Position numbers and translations under genes: made by a program. From NCBI GenBank assembly GCA_963843845.1, contig CAWJMB010000002.1, positions 2,080,001 through 2,144,000 of the forward strand: a stretch of 64,000 bases of DNA. Direction: 5' to 3'. Positions 50,056-60,966 of this stretch are shown in pieces (positions within the stretch are counted from its first letter, which is position 1; the number at the start of each line of letters is the position of its first letter). Source of the stretch: an uncultured Gemmatimonadaceae bacterium. Lineage in GTDB: Bacteria > Gemmatimonadota > Gemmatimonadetes > Gemmatimonadales > Gemmatimonadaceae. Under the pieces are notes generated by a model. That model was not told the origin of the DNA, ran no database searches, and saw nothing but the letters and a program-made list of their open reading frames with translations.

Positions 50056-51303
50056 CTAACGCGTCGTCGCGTCGGCGGGGGCGCCACGCCCGGCGGCCTG
50101 CCCCGCGGCGCGTCCCGTGGTCCACGCCCAGAAGAAGTTGTAGCCGCCGATCGGGCCGAACGCGTCGAGGATCTCACCGCACAGGAACAGCCCCGGGCAC
50201 ACGCGGCTCTCGAGGGTGCGGGGATTCACGTCGGCGAGGCGCACGCCTCCTCCAGTGACCTCGGCCTTCTTGTACCCCTCGTCGCCGCTCCAGGGCAGCT
50301 CGCCGCGCACGAGCGTGTCGACCAGCCGCCGGCGCTCGTCGCGCGAGAGTTCGGCGAGCAGTCGCGACGGGTCGACGCGCGCGACGTCCAGCAGCGTGGA
50401 CGCGAGTCGGTCGGGCAGCTCGGCGCGTACGGCCGCGGCCACGGTGCGCGACCCCCTCGGGCGGAGCAGCGCCTCCCACGCATCGTCGTCGTGGGGCGTC
50501 CACCGAGCGGTGATGCGGGCCTCGTGCATCGCCCCTTCCCCGCGTGCGCGGACGACGACGTGCGACACATCGAGCACCGCCGGCCCGCTGTAGCCGCGGT
50601 GCGTGAAGAGGAACCCGCCCGTCGCGGTCGCCGTCCGTGCTGCCGAGCGCGCGGTGAGCTGCACGCGGAGCGACACGCCGGCGAGCGTCGCGAAGGGTGC
50701 GGGTTCGGCCGTGACCGGTGTGAGGGCGGCGTAGGTCGGGTGGACCGCGTGCCCCAGCCGCTCGAGGATGCGGAGTCCCGTGCCGTCGCTCCCGGTGTTC
50801 GGCACGGAGAGGCCGCCGGTCGCCACGACGACCGCGTCGGCGTCGATCGGTGGCGCGCCGTCGAGCACGACCTCCCACCGCGCACCGACCGGCACGAGAT
50901 CGACGACGCGGGCCTCGGTGAGGACTCGCGCGCCGCGCCGGCGTGCGAGCGAGAGCAGCCCGTCGCGCACGTCGCGCGCGCGGTTCGACGCCGGAAACAG
51001 CTTCGCCGACTCCGTCTCCTCGGCGAGCGGCACGCCGACCTCCCGCTCGAAGAACGCGATCTGCTCGGGGAGCGGCCACGCGCGCACCATCTTGCGCAGC
51101 GTGTTCGGCGACGAGTCGGTGAGGAACCGCGTCTCGTCGACCCGGGCGGGGAGCACGTTGCACCGCCCGCCCCCGCTGATGAGGATCTTGCGGCCGCCGT
51201 CGCGCGTGCGCTCCACGAGCAGCGTTTCCGCTCCGGCCTCGGCGGCGAAGATCGCGGCCGTGGTCCCGGCGGCCCCGGCACCGACGACGACGACGCGCGT
51301 CAT
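50056..51303 (-). CDS. HI0933/BaiN family flavoprotein
   Basis: VVGAGAAG, GRKILISGGGRCN, ATGGLSVP.TGSDG, LFTHRGYSGPAVL, VTGGGV, GEILD..GPIGGYN. Confidence 0.92.
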   Translation of the reverse strand: MTRVVVVGAGAAGTTAAIFAAEAGAETLLVERTRDGGRKILISGGGRCNVLPARVDETRFLTDSSPNTLRKMVRAWPLPEQIAFFEREVGVPLAEETESAKLFPASNRARDVRDGLLSLARRRGARVLTEARVVDLVPVGARWEVVLDGAPPIDADAVVVATGGLSVPNTGSDGTGLRILERLGHAVHPTYAALTPVTAEPAPFATLAGVSLRVQLTARSAARTATATGGFLFTHRGYSGPAVLDVSHVVVRARGEGAMHEARITARWTPHDDDAWEALLRPRGSRTVAAAVRAELPDRLASTLLDVARVDPSRLLAELSRDERRRLVDTLVRGELPWSGDEGYKKAEVTGGGVRLADVNPRTLESRVCPGLFLCGEILDAFGPIGGYNFFWAWTTGRAAGQAAGRGAPADATTR

Positions 51304-51313
51304 CGCGCCGCCG

Positions 51314-52861
51314 TCACTCCCACTCGATCGTCGCCGGCGGCTTCGAGCTGACGTCGTAGACGACGCGGTTCACCCCGCGCACCTCGTTGATGATCCGAGA
51401 CGAGATGCGCGCGAGCGGCTCGTGTGGGAACTGGAACCAGTCCGCGGTCATGCCGTCGGTGCTCGTGACCGCGCGCAGCGCGACCACGTTCTCGTAGGTG
51501 CGGTAGTCGCCCATGACGCCGACCGAGCGCACCGGCAGCAACACCGCGAACGCCTGCCAGATCGCGTCGTACAGTCCCGCCTCTCGGATCTCCTCGAGAT
51601 AGATCGCGTCCGCCTGCCGCAGCACGGCGAGCGCGTCGCGCGACACGGCGCCGAGCACGCGGATCGCGAGACCCGGCCCGGGGAACGGGTGACGCCCGAC
51701 CATCTCCTCGGGGAGGGCGAGCTCTCGCCCGACGTTGCGCACCTCGTCCTTGAACAGCTCGCGCAGCGGCTCGATGAGCCCGAACTTCATGTCGGGCCTG
51801 AGGCCGCCGACGTTGTGATGCGTCTTGATCGTGACGCTCGCGCCGCCGGTCGGCGAGAAACTCTCGATCACGTCCGGGTAGAGCGTACCCTGCACCAGGA
51901 ATCGGACGTCCTCGCCGACCGACGTCGACGCATCCTCGAACACGTCGATGAAGGTGTGGCCGATGATCTTCCGCTTCTCCTCCGGCTCGTCGATGCCCTC
52001 CAGCGCGTCGAGGAAGCGGTCGGACGCGTCCACGACGCGCAGGTCGATGCCGAGGTGCTGGCGGAACGTGCGTTCCACCTGATCGCGCTCGTGCAGCCGC
52101 AGCAGCCCCGTGTCGACGAAGATGCACGTGAGCTGATCGCCGATCGCACGATGCACGAGCGCGGCAGCCACGGCGGAGTCGACGCCACCTGAGAGACCGC
52201 AGATGACGCGCGACGTCCCGACCTTCTCGCGGATGCCCGCGATCTGCTCGTCGATGAACGCTCCCGGCGTCCAGTCCGGCCGCGCGCCGCACGCGCCGAA
52301 CAGGAAGTTCGAGAGGATCTCGCCGCCGCGCGGCGAGTGCGCGACCTCGGGGTGGAACTGCACACCGTAGAGCGGCCGCTCACGGTGACGGAACGCGGCG
52401 ACCGGGCTGCTCACGCTGCGCGCGATGACTTCGAGCTCGTCCGGTAGCGCCGCGACTTGATCGCCGTGACTCATCCACACCGGAGTGCGCTCGCCCGCCC
52501 CGAAGCCGGCGAACAGGCCCGCCGGCTCGATGACTTCGATGTCGGCGCGTCCGTACTCGCGCGCGCGCGCCGGCAGGATGCGGGCGCCGGTCATCTGCGC
52601 GAGGAGGTTCATGCCGTAGCAGACGCCCAACACGGGTGCCACATCGAGCATCTCGCGCGGAACGGTCGGGGCCCCGTCGTCGTACACCGAGTTCGGACCG
52701 CCGCTGAGAATGATGCCGGTCGGATTCCATGCGCGGACCCACTCGATCGACCGGGTGGGCGGGTGGATCTCGCTGTAGACCCGCGCCTCGCGCACGCGGC
52801 GCGCGATGAGCTGCGTGTACTGCGAGCCGAAGTCGACGATGAGAATGCGATCGTGCGTCAC
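51314..52861 (-). CDS. guaA: GMP synthase (glutamine-hydrolysing)
   Basis: [49 protein letters not shown]. Confidence 0.96.
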   Translation of the reverse strand: MTHDRILIVDFGSQYTQLIARRVREARVYSEIHPPTRSIEWVRAWNPTGIILSGGPNSVYDDGAPTVPREMLDVAPVLGVCYGMNLLAQMTGARILPARAREYGRADIEVIEPAGLFAGFGAGERTPVWMSHGDQVAALPDELEVIARSVSSPVAAFRHRERPLYGVQFHPEVAHSPRGGEILSNFLFGACGARPDWTPGAFIDEQIAGIREKVGTSRVICGLSGGVDSAVAAALVHRAIGDQLTCIFVDTGLLRLHERDQVERTFRQHLGIDLRVVDASDRFLDALEGIDEPEEKRKIIGHTFIDVFEDASTSVGEDVRFLVQGTLYPDVIESFSPTGGASVTIKTHHNVGGLRPDMKFGLIEPLRELFKDEVRNVGRELALPEEMVGRHPFPGPGLAIRVLGAVSRDALAVLRQADAIYLEEIREAGLYDAIWQAFAVLLPVRSVGVMGDYRTYENVVALRAVTSTDGMTADWFQFPHEPLARISSRIINEVRGVNRVVYDVSSKPPATIEWE

Positions 52862-53370
52862 GAGCGCGCCGTGAAGTCGGTCAGCTTGATCACCTCGACA
52901 CCCCGCGTCTCGAGGTCGAGGATCGCCGCCGTGGGGGCGCCGGTGAGCCACCCGCACGCCTCGCCCGGATTCACCATGAGCGTCTCGCCGCGCATGCGCA
53001 TCTCCGCCTGGTGCGAGCAGCCGTGCACGACGATCCCGTGCGTGTCGAGTGACCGCGGCAGCACGTCGCCGACGTCGTGCACGACGAGAATCGTCTGGCC
53101 GCCGACGGCGAAGCTGTGCGGCGACTCGAACAGCTCGCCGCCGGCGGGGAGCGACGAGGCCGTCGCGGCGAGCCCTTCCCGATCGCCGTCGTTGCGGCCG
53201 AACACGCCCACGATCGGGACGCCAGCGTCCCGGAACGGCCGCAGCGCGAAGGGCGAGCAGTAGTCACCCGTGTGCATCACCATCGTCACGCCGCCTTCCT
53301 GGAAGCGGCGGAGCAGCTCCGTGATCGCGGACAGTCGGTCGTGCGTGTCGGCGAGTAGTCCGATCTTCAC
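52858..53370 (-). CDS. YfcE/MJ0936-type metallophosphoesterase
   Basis: ADTHD, HTGD, GRND, NPGE; some metal ligands look altered (GRND for GNxD, HGCSH for GHTH). Confidence 0.82.
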   Translation of the reverse strand: MKIGLLADTHDRLSAITELLRRFQEGGVTMVMHTGDYCSPFALRPFRDAGVPIVGVFGRNDGDREGLAATASSLPAGGELFESPHSFAVGGQTILVVHDVGDVLPRSLDTHGIVVHGCSHQAEMRMRGETLMVNPGEACGWLTGAPTAAILDLETRGVEVIKLTDFTARS

Positions 53371-54680
53371 TCTGTTCTCCAATCGAGTGCCGCGCGTTCC
53401 TGCCGCACGAGGTCCTCGTACCGCTCGCGCTCCGTGACGACCGCGAAGCGGTCGCCGTCGACGAGCACTTCAGCCGGACGAGGACGCGAGTTGTAGTTCG
53501 ATGCCATGACGAACCCATAGGCGCCCGCCGTGCGCACGGCGAGCAGATCGCCGGGCCGCACGTCGTCGACGACGCGGTTCAGCGCCAGGAAGTCGCCGCT
53601 CTCGCACACGGGTCCCACGACGTCCGCGACGACGCGGGTCGCGCGAGGCTTGACGGCGTCGATCTCGTGCCACGCGTCATAGTGCGACGGTCGCACGAGG
53701 TCGTTCATCCCCGCGTCGGTGATCACGTACTCCTTCCCGCCGCTCCGCTTGCGATACAGCACGCGCGTCAGCAGCAGCCCGCTCTCGGCGACGAGAAAGC
53801 GGCCCGGCTCGAGGATCAGCCGGACGCCTAACGCGCGGCCGATCGCTCTCATCCCGTCGCCGTACCGCTCGACGTCGGCCGGCGCCTCGTCGCGATACAC
53901 CACCCCGAGCCCGCCACCGACGTCGAGGTACTGGATCGCGAAGTCGTCCGCGCGCAGTTGCGTCACGAGCGACGCGACGCGGTCGAGCGCCGCGCCGTAC
54001 GGCTCGAAGCTCGCCAGCTGCGAGCCGATGTGCATGTCGAGCCCGATCAACGCGACGTTCGGCAGCGATCGCGTGAGCCGAGCCGCGTCCCGCACGTCGT
54101 CGAACGGAATGCCGAACTTGTGCCCCTTCTCGCCCGTGCGGATGTAGTGATGGGGACTGTCGACGGTGACTTCGGGATTCACGCGCAGCGCGACCGGCGC
54201 CACGACGCCGCGCGCCCGGGCGACCTCGTCGAGCACGATCAGCTCCCCTTCACTCTCCACGTTCACGAACAGCACGCCCGCGGCGAGCGCTTCGTCGAGC
54301 TCGCGCGCGGTCTTGCCGACGCCGCTGAACACGATGTCGGCTCCGGCGAAGCCCGCCTCCTGCGCGCGGTAGAGCTCCCCACCCGAGACGATGTCGACGC
54401 CCGCCCCCTCCGTGCGCAGCACCCGGAGCAGCGCGAGATTCGAGTTCGCCTTCACGCTGAAGTGGATGCGATGCGGCACGCCGTCGAGCGCGGCAGCGAG
54501 CCGGCGAAACTGCTGCCGGACGACTCCCGCGCTGTAGACGTACGACGGCGTTCCCGCGACGTCGGCGATGACGCGCGCGGGCACCGCGTCACAGTGCAGC
54601 TCATCGTCGCGCATCGCGAAGCCCGGCACCGGCGGCGCGGCGGCGGGGTGATGCACTGCGCTCAGTACGCCCTGGCCCAC
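53367..54680 (-). CDS. lysA: Diaminopimelate decarboxylase (start approximate)
   Basis: [47 protein letters not shown]. Confidence 0.94.
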   Translation of the reverse strand: MGQGVLSAVHHPAAAPPVPGFAMRDDELHCDAVPARVIADVAGTPSYVYSAGVVRQQFRRLAAALDGVPHRIHFSVKANSNLALLRVLRTEGAGVDIVSGGELYRAQEAGFAGADIVFSGVGKTARELDEALAAGVLFVNVESEGELIVLDEVARARGVVAPVALRVNPEVTVDSPHHYIRTGEKGHKFGIPFDDVRDAARLTRSLPNVALIGLDMHIGSQLASFEPYGAALDRVASLVTQLRADDFAIQYLDVGGGLGVVYRDEAPADVERYGDGMRAIGRALGVRLILEPGRFLVAESGLLLTRVLYRKRSGGKEYVITDAGMNDLVRPSHYDAWHEIDAVKPRATRVVADVVGPVCESGDFLALNRVVDDVRPGDLLAVRTAGAYGFVMASNYNSRPRPAEVLVDGDRFAVVTERERYEDLVRQERAALDWRTE

Positions 54681-56128
54681 ACGACCTCGTGCGCCGCCGC
54701 CTCGCCGCTCACCATGCACCGCGTGGGCGCGTCAGGGCTCCGGAATTCGGCGTCCGGGATCACTCGGATGGTCGCCTTCGTCTCCTCCTTCACCTGCGCC
54801 TCGACCGCAGGGTCACCATTCCACCCGGCGTACACGAAGCCGCCCGCCTCGACGATCTCCTTGAAGCGATCGTAGCTGATGTCGCCGCGGTGCGAGTTCG
54901 CGTTCAGGCGGTCACGCGCGGCGCTCAACATGTCCGCCTGTACCGCGCCGAGTGTCGCCTCCAGCGTCGCGGCCAACGTGTCGAGCGACGCCGTCGTCTT
55001 GACCCGCGTATCCCGACGGACGACGATCGCCTGGTCGTTCGCGATGTCACGCGGCCCGAGCTCGAGACGCAGCGGCACGCCGCGCAGCTCCCACTCGTAG
55101 TACTTCGAGCCCGGTTTGATCCCCTCGCGGTCGTCGACGTGGACGCGCAGCCGCTCGTGCGCGGCGGTGAGGGTGCTGCCCAACGTCGCCTTGAGGCGGT
55201 GCGCGGCCTCGAAGACCTGGGCCTTCTCCTCGTCTTTCCGCCAGATCGGGACGATCACGATCTGGATGGGTGCGAGCAACGGCGGCGTGCGCAACCCGCC
55301 ATCGTCGCCGTGCGTCATGACGAGCCCGCCCACCATGCGCGTCGACACGCCCCAGCTCGTGTTCCACGCGTGCTCGATCGTTCCGCTCTCACTCTGGAAC
55401 GTGAGGTCGAACGCTTTCGCGAAGTTCTGCCCCAGGTTGTGCGACGTGCCGGCCTGGAGCGCCTTGCCGTCCTGCATCATCGCCTCGCACGAGTAGGTGC
55501 GCAGCGCGCCGGCGAATTTCTCACTCTCGGTTTTCTGGCCGGTCACGACGGGCATGGCCATGTGCCCTTCCATGAACGTGCGGTAGACGCCGAGCATCTG
55601 GCGCGCCTCCGCCTCGGCCTCGTCGTGCGTGGCGTGCGCGGTGTGCCCCTCCTGCCACAGGAACTCCATCGTGCGCAGGAACAACCGCGTGCGCATCTCC
55701 CACCGCACGACGTTCGCCCACTGATTGTAGAGCAGTGGGAGGTCGCGATAGCTCTGCACCCACTTCGCGAACATCGTGTAGATGATCGTCTCCGACGTGG
55801 GGCGGACGATCAGCGGCTCTTCCAGCTTCTTCCCGCCGCCGTGCGTGACGACGGCCGTCTCCGGCGCGAACCCCTCCACGTGCGACGCTTCCTTCGCGAG
55901 GAAGCTCTCCGGGATGAACAGCGGGAAGTACGCGTTCACGTGCCCGGTCGCCTTGAACATGTCGTCGAGCGCGCGCTGCATCCGCTCCCAGATGCCGTAG
56001 CCGTTCGGGCGGATCACCATGCAGCCGCGGACCGGCGAGTAGTCCGCGAGCTCGGCGCGGAGCACGAGCTCGTTGTACCAGGCGCTGAAGTCGTCCGCGC
56101 GGGTCGTGAGCTTCTTCTCGTCGGCCAT
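54662..56128 (-). CDS. proS: Proline--tRNA ligase (archaeal/eukaryote-like type)
   Basis: [51 protein letters not shown]-terminal ARAY. Confidence 0.95.
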   Translation of the reverse strand: MADEKKLTTRADDFSAWYNELVLRAELADYSPVRGCMVIRPNGYGIWERMQRALDDMFKATGHVNAYFPLFIPESFLAKEASHVEGFAPETAVVTHGGGKKLEEPLIVRPTSETIIYTMFAKWVQSYRDLPLLYNQWANVVRWEMRTRLFLRTMEFLWQEGHTAHATHDEAEAEARQMLGVYRTFMEGHMAMPVVTGQKTESEKFAGALRTYSCEAMMQDGKALQAGTSHNLGQNFAKAFDLTFQSESGTIEHAWNTSWGVSTRMVGGLVMTHGDDGGLRTPPLLAPIQIVIVPIWRKDEEKAQVFEAAHRLKATLGSTLTAAHERLRVHVDDREGIKPGSKYYEWELRGVPLRLELGPRDIANDQAIVVRRDTRVKTTASLDTLAATLEATLGAVQADMLSAARDRLNANSHRGDISYDRFKEIVEAGGFVYAGWNGDPAVEAQVKEETKATIRVIPDAEFRSPDAPTRCMVSGEAAAHEVVWARAY

Positions 56129-56186
56129 GAAGTCGGCGTGTCGCTGAGATGTGGGTGTCTTTGCGGGGTCGTGCGCCGGACGCCGC

Positions 56187-57485
56187 CTACCGGCCCGGCT
56201 CGGCCGCGGCGGCCAGCCACGCATCGAGCGCGACGGTCGTCTCGCTCTTGTCGTCGAGCCGGCGAAGTGTGACGGCGCCGTCGTGCGCGAGCTGGTCGCC
56301 GCGGAGCAGCACCGCGACGCGTGCGCCGGCGTTTCGAGCGGCCTTCACCTGCTTGTCGAGCGCCTGGTCACGCAGCGCGTACTCGACCGAGTGCCCGGCG
56401 CGGCGGAGCTGGGTCGCCGTACGCATCACCACCGGCAACAGCGACGCGTCGTCAGCCGCGACCCAGTAATCGAGCGCCGCCTCGCTCGCCGGCATCAGCC
56501 CGCGGTCACGCAGCAACTCGCCGAGCACCACGTCGCCCATGCCGAAGCCGAGCGCTGGCAGGTCGACGCCGCCCAACGACGAGAGCAGCGTGTCGTAACG
56601 TCCGCCGCCACAGATCGCGCGTAGCTCACCCTTCGCGTCGAACAGCTCGAACACGACGCCGGTGTAGTAGGCGAGTCCGCGCACGATCGTGAGATCGAGC
56701 CGCACCCAGTCGCCGACGCCCAGCGCGGTCAGGTACTCGAAATAGCGCGCGAGTCGATCGAGATGTCCGGCGACGTCTGGATCGGCGCCGTACAGCGCCC
56801 GCAGCGCATCGACCGTCGTCGGACGCGCCATCGACAGCAGCGCCTCGGCGACGTCAGTTGCAACGCCGGCGGCGGCGAGGCGCTCGACGAGCACGGGGCG
56901 CGGCTCGCGCTCGACCTTGTCGATCGCCGCGTAGGCCGCGCCGAGCTGCGGCTCCGTGACGCCGAGCGTTCGCAGGAGCGCGGCGAGGAGTCTGCGGTCG
57001 GACACGCGCGCGACCACGTCGCTCGACGTGAGCCCGAATTCGCGCAGCATGTCGATCGCCACGGCGAGCAGCTCCGCGTCCGCGGCTTCGCCGCTCTCGC
57101 CGACGAGGTCGACGTTCAGCTGGAAGTGCTCGCGCAGCCGGCCGCGCTGCTGCCGCTCGTAGCGAAAGAGCTGCGGCACCGAGAACCAGCGCACCGGCTT
57201 GCGGAGCGCGTTCGCGCGCGATGCGACCATCCGCGCGAACGTCGGCGTCATCTCCGGGCGCAGCGCGACCGCGCGGTCGCCCTTGTCGACGAAGTTGTAG
57301 AGCTGCCCGACGATCTCGTCGCCGCTCTTGCGCGTGTACAGCTCGAGTGGCTCGAGTGGCGGACCGTCGTATTCCGCGAACCCGTACCGCCGTGCGACCG
57401 CGCGCCACGTGCGCACGATGTACGCGCGCTCGGCGAACTCCGCGGGGAAGAAGTCGCGGAAGCCGGGGAGTGGCTTGCTCTGCAT
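56187..57485 (-). CDS. hisS: Histidine--tRNA ligase
   Basis: [44 protein letters not shown]. Confidence 0.95.
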   Translation of the reverse strand: MQSKPLPGFRDFFPAEFAERAYIVRTWRAVARRYGFAEYDGPPLEPLELYTRKSGDEIVGQLYNFVDKGDRAVALRPEMTPTFARMVASRANALRKPVRWFSVPQLFRYERQQRGRLREHFQLNVDLVGESGEAADAELLAVAIDMLREFGLTSSDVVARVSDRRLLAALLRTLGVTEPQLGAAYAAIDKVEREPRPVLVERLAAAGVATDVAEALLSMARPTTVDALRALYGADPDVAGHLDRLARYFEYLTALGVGDWVRLDLTIVRGLAYYTGVVFELFDAKGELRAICGGGRYDTLLSSLGGVDLPALGFGMGDVVLGELLRDRGLMPASEAALDYWVAADDASLLPVVMRTATQLRRAGHSVEYALRDQALDKQVKAARNAGARVAVLLRGDQLAHDGAVTLRRLDDKSETTVALDAWLAAAAEPGR

Positions 57486-57493
57486 CGCGGATT

Positions 57494-58807
57494 CTACCGA
57501 GCCAGCGGATCGACCTGCAAGCGCGCCATCGCGTCGCCGACCGTGTGGAACGAGCCCGCGACGACCGTCGTGCCCCCCGCGCCAGCCGCGCGTCGCAGCG
57601 CCACATCGAAGTCGACGACGTGCTCCGCGCTCCACGCGCGGGCGCCGGCGAAGTCGCACGCTTCGGTCGCGCTCCAGACCCGAGCCGCCGGCGCGCTCGG
57701 CGCCGTCGTCAGCACGAAGTGATCGACCGCGGGCGCGAGCGCGTCGAGCACCCCGCGCCAGTCTTTGTCGCTCAGTACGGCGACGAGGGCGGTGATCGGG
57801 CGCGGCAATCCCAGCGTCGCGAGCGTTTCCGCCAGCACGCGCGCTCCGTCGGGATTGTGTGCCACGTCGAACAGCCAGCGGCCGACGCGCTGAAAGCGTC
57901 CGGGAAGCCGCACTGCGCTCAACGCGGCCGCGTCGTCGGCCAGTGGGCGCCGCCACGGCGCACCGGCCGCGTCGAGCATCGTCAGTGCGGTCGCCGTGTT
58001 CCCGGCCTGGAAGCGTCCCAGCAGAGGCGTGGTCAGGCGCGCGGAGCCGAACGGCGCCACCAGCTCGAACGAGGTTCCGCTCGCGTCGACCGACGTCGCC
58101 AGCACGCGTGACTCTTCGACCACGACACGAGTCGGTGCATCAGCCTCGCGCGCACAGGTAGCGAGCACGCGGCGCGCGACGTCGTCGTGCGCTCCGATCA
58201 CTGCCGTCACACCCGGCTTGAAGATCCCTCCCTTCTCGCGCGCGATCGCAGCGATCGTATCGCCGAGCAGCTCGGTGTGATCGAATCCGATCTCCGTGAC
58301 GCCCGCGACCACGGGCGTGACGACGTTCGTCGAGTCCAGACGGCCGCCGAGTCCGGTCTCGACGACCATCACGTCCGCGCCGGCACGCGCGAAGTGATCG
58401 AACGCCATCGCCGTCGTGAACTCGAAGAACGTCGCGCCGACACGCTCGCACAGCGCGGCGTGCTCGCGAATGAACGCGACGACTTCTTGCTCGCTGATCG
58501 CCCGGTCGCCGACGACGATGCGCTCGCGGAAGTCGACGAGGTGCGGCGACGTGTACCGGCCGACGCGCAGCCCCCGCGACGCGAGCAGCGCCGAGAGCGT
58601 GGCGACGGTGCTTCCCTTCCCGTTGGTGCCGGCGACGTGGAACGACGGCAGTGCCTCGTGCGGCTCGCCGAGCGCGGTGAGGAGCTCGCGCGTACGCGCG
58701 AGCCCGTACCGACTCCCGCCGGTCGTGCGCGCGAAGAGTTGCTCGAGCGCGTCGCGGTACGCGCCGCTGGCGTTCCGAGCGACGGCGGCGAGCGGGGCGC
58801 CGGTCAG
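57494..58807 (-). CDS. folC: Folylpolyglutamate/dihydrofolate synthase (frame open to a CTG at 58807)
   Basis: HVAGTNGKGST, YTSPHLVDFRER, TFFE (all upstream of the track's ATG 58408), ETGLGGRLDSTN, PGRFQ, DVAHN. Confidence 0.92.
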   Translation of the reverse strand: MTGAPLAAVARNASGAYRDALEQLFARTTGGSRYGLARTRELLTALGEPHEALPSFHVAGTNGKGSTVATLSALLASRGLRVGRYTSPHLVDFRERIVVGDRAISEQEVVAFIREHAALCERVGATFFEFTTAMAFDHFARAGADVMVVETGLGGRLDSTNVVTPVVAGVTEIGFDHTELLGDTIAAIAREKGGIFKPGVTAVIGAHDDVARRVLATCAREADAPTRVVVEESRVLATSVDASGTSFELVAPFGSARLTTPLLGRFQAGNTATALTMLDAAGAPWRRPLADDAAALSAVRLPGRFQRVGRWLFDVAHNPDGARVLAETLATLGLPRPITALVAVLSDKDWRGVLDALAPAVDHFVLTTAPSAPAARVWSATEACDFAGARAWSAEHVVDFDVALRRAAGAGGTTVVAGSFHTVGDAMARLQVDPLAR

Positions 58808-59664
58808 GTGGCCGCGTACCCCGCGCCGGCGGGACGACCCATCATGTGCCGCAGCAGCTGCTCGACGGTCATCTTGAGATCGCGCCGGTGCACGACGTCG
58901 TCGAGTATCCCGTGGTCCAACAGGAACTCGGCCGTCTGAAATCCTTCGGGAAGGTCCTGTCCGAGCGTCTGCTTGATGACACGCGGCCCCGCGAAGCCGA
59001 TGACCGCGCCCGGTTCCGCGAGAATGATGTCGCCGAGCATCGCGTAGCTCGCACTGACACCGCCGGTGGTCGGGTTCGTCAGGATCGACACGTAGGGGAT
59101 CTTCCGCTCGGCGAGCTGCGACAGCACGGCGGACGCCTTCGCCATCTGCATCAGCGACAGCACCCCTTCCTGCATCCGCGCGCCGCCGGAGGCAGAGACG
59201 AGAATGAGTGGCTGCTTCTTCTCGAGCGACCGCTGGCCCGCGCGCGCGATTTTCTCACCGACGACCGAGCCCATCGAGCCGCCCATGAACGCGAAGTCCA
59301 TGACGCCGACGTTCGCGGGGATGCTTCCGATCGTTCCCGTGGCGGTGAGCATCGCGTCACCGTCGCCGGCGTTCGTGTTCGCCTTCTTGAGGCGCTGCGG
59401 GTACTCGGGGAAGCCGAGCGGGTCCGTCGACCGGACCTCGATGTCGGTCTCGTCCCAGTTGTCGTCGAGGAGAATGCTCAGATACTCGACGGCCCGGATG
59501 CGACGGTGGAAGTCGCACATCGGGCAGACGTTGAGATTCCGAACGAACTTCTCGCGGAGGTCGGTGTGCCCGCACGCCTCGCACTTCTCCCACGCGTCGG
59601 GCGGAATCTCCAGCCGCTCGCGGCGGGGAACACGGGGCTTTCTCTCTTTCCGGAACCAGGCCAT
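58804..59664 (-). CDS. accD: Acetyl-CoA carboxylase carboxyltransferase beta subunit
   Basis: WEKCEAC...CPMC zinc finger, FMGGSMGSVVGE, SGGARMQEG, PTTGGVSAS, FAGPRVI. Confidence 0.95.
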   Translation of the reverse strand: MAWFRKERKPRVPRRERLEIPPDAWEKCEACGHTDLREKFVRNLNVCPMCDFHRRIRAVEYLSILLDDNWDETDIEVRSTDPLGFPEYPQRLKKANTNAGDGDAMLTATGTIGSIPANVGVMDFAFMGGSMGSVVGEKIARAGQRSLEKKQPLILVSASGGARMQEGVLSLMQMAKASAVLSQLAERKIPYVSILTNPTTGGVSASYAMLGDIILAEPGAVIGFAGPRVIKQTLGQDLPEGFQTAEFLLDHGILDDVVHRRDLKMTVEQLLRHMMGRPAGAGYAAT

Positions 59665-59712
59665 GAGCAGCAATCTGGTTTCGGCCAGGGCTTCGCGGCA
59701 GCCCTTCCCTGA

Positions 59713-60966
59713 CTAAACGGCCAGGTGCTCTCCGCGCCCCCGCCCTTCCGACGAGAATCGCACGAGCGCGCCGATCGCGAGCCAGGAGATGAGCATGAAC
59801 GAGCCGCCGTAGCTGAAGAAGGGCAGCGGAATGCCGGTGATCGGCATGAGGTTCAGCGTCATCCCGACGTTGACCATGACGTGCACGAACCACCCGGCCG
59901 CGAGCCCGAACGCCGCGAGGCTCGCGAACGAGTCGGTCGAGCGCGAGGCGATGCGCGTGGACCGCAGGAGCAGCGTCAGGAAGAGCGCCAGCGCGATCGA
60001 GACGCCGATGAACCCGAGCTCCTCGCCGAGCACCGCGAAGATGAAGTCGGTGTGTTGCGCGGGGAGGAACGCGAGCCGCTTCTGCGTGCCGAACGTCCAC
60101 CCCTTGCCGAACCAGCCACCGGACCCGATCGCGATCGACGACTGTGTCACGTGGTAGCCGGACGCGCGCGGGTCGTTCTGCGGATCCAGGAAGACGAGCA
60201 GCCGGCGTTGCTGATACGGCTTCAGCGTGTCCCACACGATCGGCGCGAGCACCCCCATGAAGACGTTCGTGACGACGATCGTCACGCCTTCGGACAGATA
60301 CGGCTTGTACCAGAACAGCAATGCGAGCAGCAGCAGGAACCACGTTCCCCACAGCGTCGGGCTGAACGACAGCACGAGGCTGACGACGGGGCTCGCCAGT
60401 AGCACGAGCATCTGCCACGGGATTCCCGCCCAGAACAACATCGCGAACAGAATCCCGACGAACACGATGCCGGACCCGAGGTCCGGCTGAGCCATGATGA
60501 GCACCCACGGCACGCCGACGATCAGCGCCGGTTTCCACAAGTCGAGCAGCGATCGTGGCGGCTCGGTGCGCATCGACAGCACGCGAGCGAGCATCAGCAC
60601 CGTCAGCGGCTTCGCCAGCTCCGCCGGCTGTCCGAGGCGCACGCCACCGATCGTGAGCCAGCCTTTGACGCTGGCTGCCGTGCCGGCGCCCGAGCCAAAG
60701 ACGAGGGTCACGGCGAGGAGCAGGACGCCGAACAGGTACGCCGGCCACGCCACCCACTCGAGCAGGCGAGACGACGCGCGTGACACGCCGTACGACGCGA
60801 CCAGCGCGATGATGAACCAGACGAGCTGCTTCTTCCACGCGCTGACCACGTACGCGACCGGGTAGTCCGTCTGTCCGGCAGAATAGACCATCGCGATCCC
60901 GTAGATCGACAGCAGCAGCGCCGTGATGACGAGCGGCCAGTCTGCCGTCTGCAACCGCTGCCTCAT
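59713..60966 (-). CDS. rodA: Rod shape-determining protein RodA (SEDS)
   Basis: QPAELAK, QPDLGS, SGYHVTQS.IAIGSGG, LPAQHTDFIFA, GIPLPFFSYGGS. Confidence 0.94.
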   Translation of the reverse strand: MRQRLQTADWPLVITALLLSIYGIAMVYSAGQTDYPVAYVVSAWKKQLVWFIIALVASYGVSRASSRLLEWVAWPAYLFGVLLLAVTLVFGSGAGTAASVKGWLTIGGVRLGQPAELAKPLTVLMLARVLSMRTEPPRSLLDLWKPALIVGVPWVLIMAQPDLGSGIVFVGILFAMLFWAGIPWQMLVLLASPVVSLVLSFSPTLWGTWFLLLLALLFWYKPYLSEGVTIVVTNVFMGVLAPIVWDTLKPYQQRRLLVFLDPQNDPRASGYHVTQSSIAIGSGGWFGKGWTFGTQKRLAFLPAQHTDFIFAVLGEELGFIGVSIALALFLTLLLRSTRIASRSTDSFASLAAFGLAAGWFVHVMVNVGMTLNLMPITGIPLPFFSYGGSFMLISWLAIGALVRFSSEGRGRGEHLAV

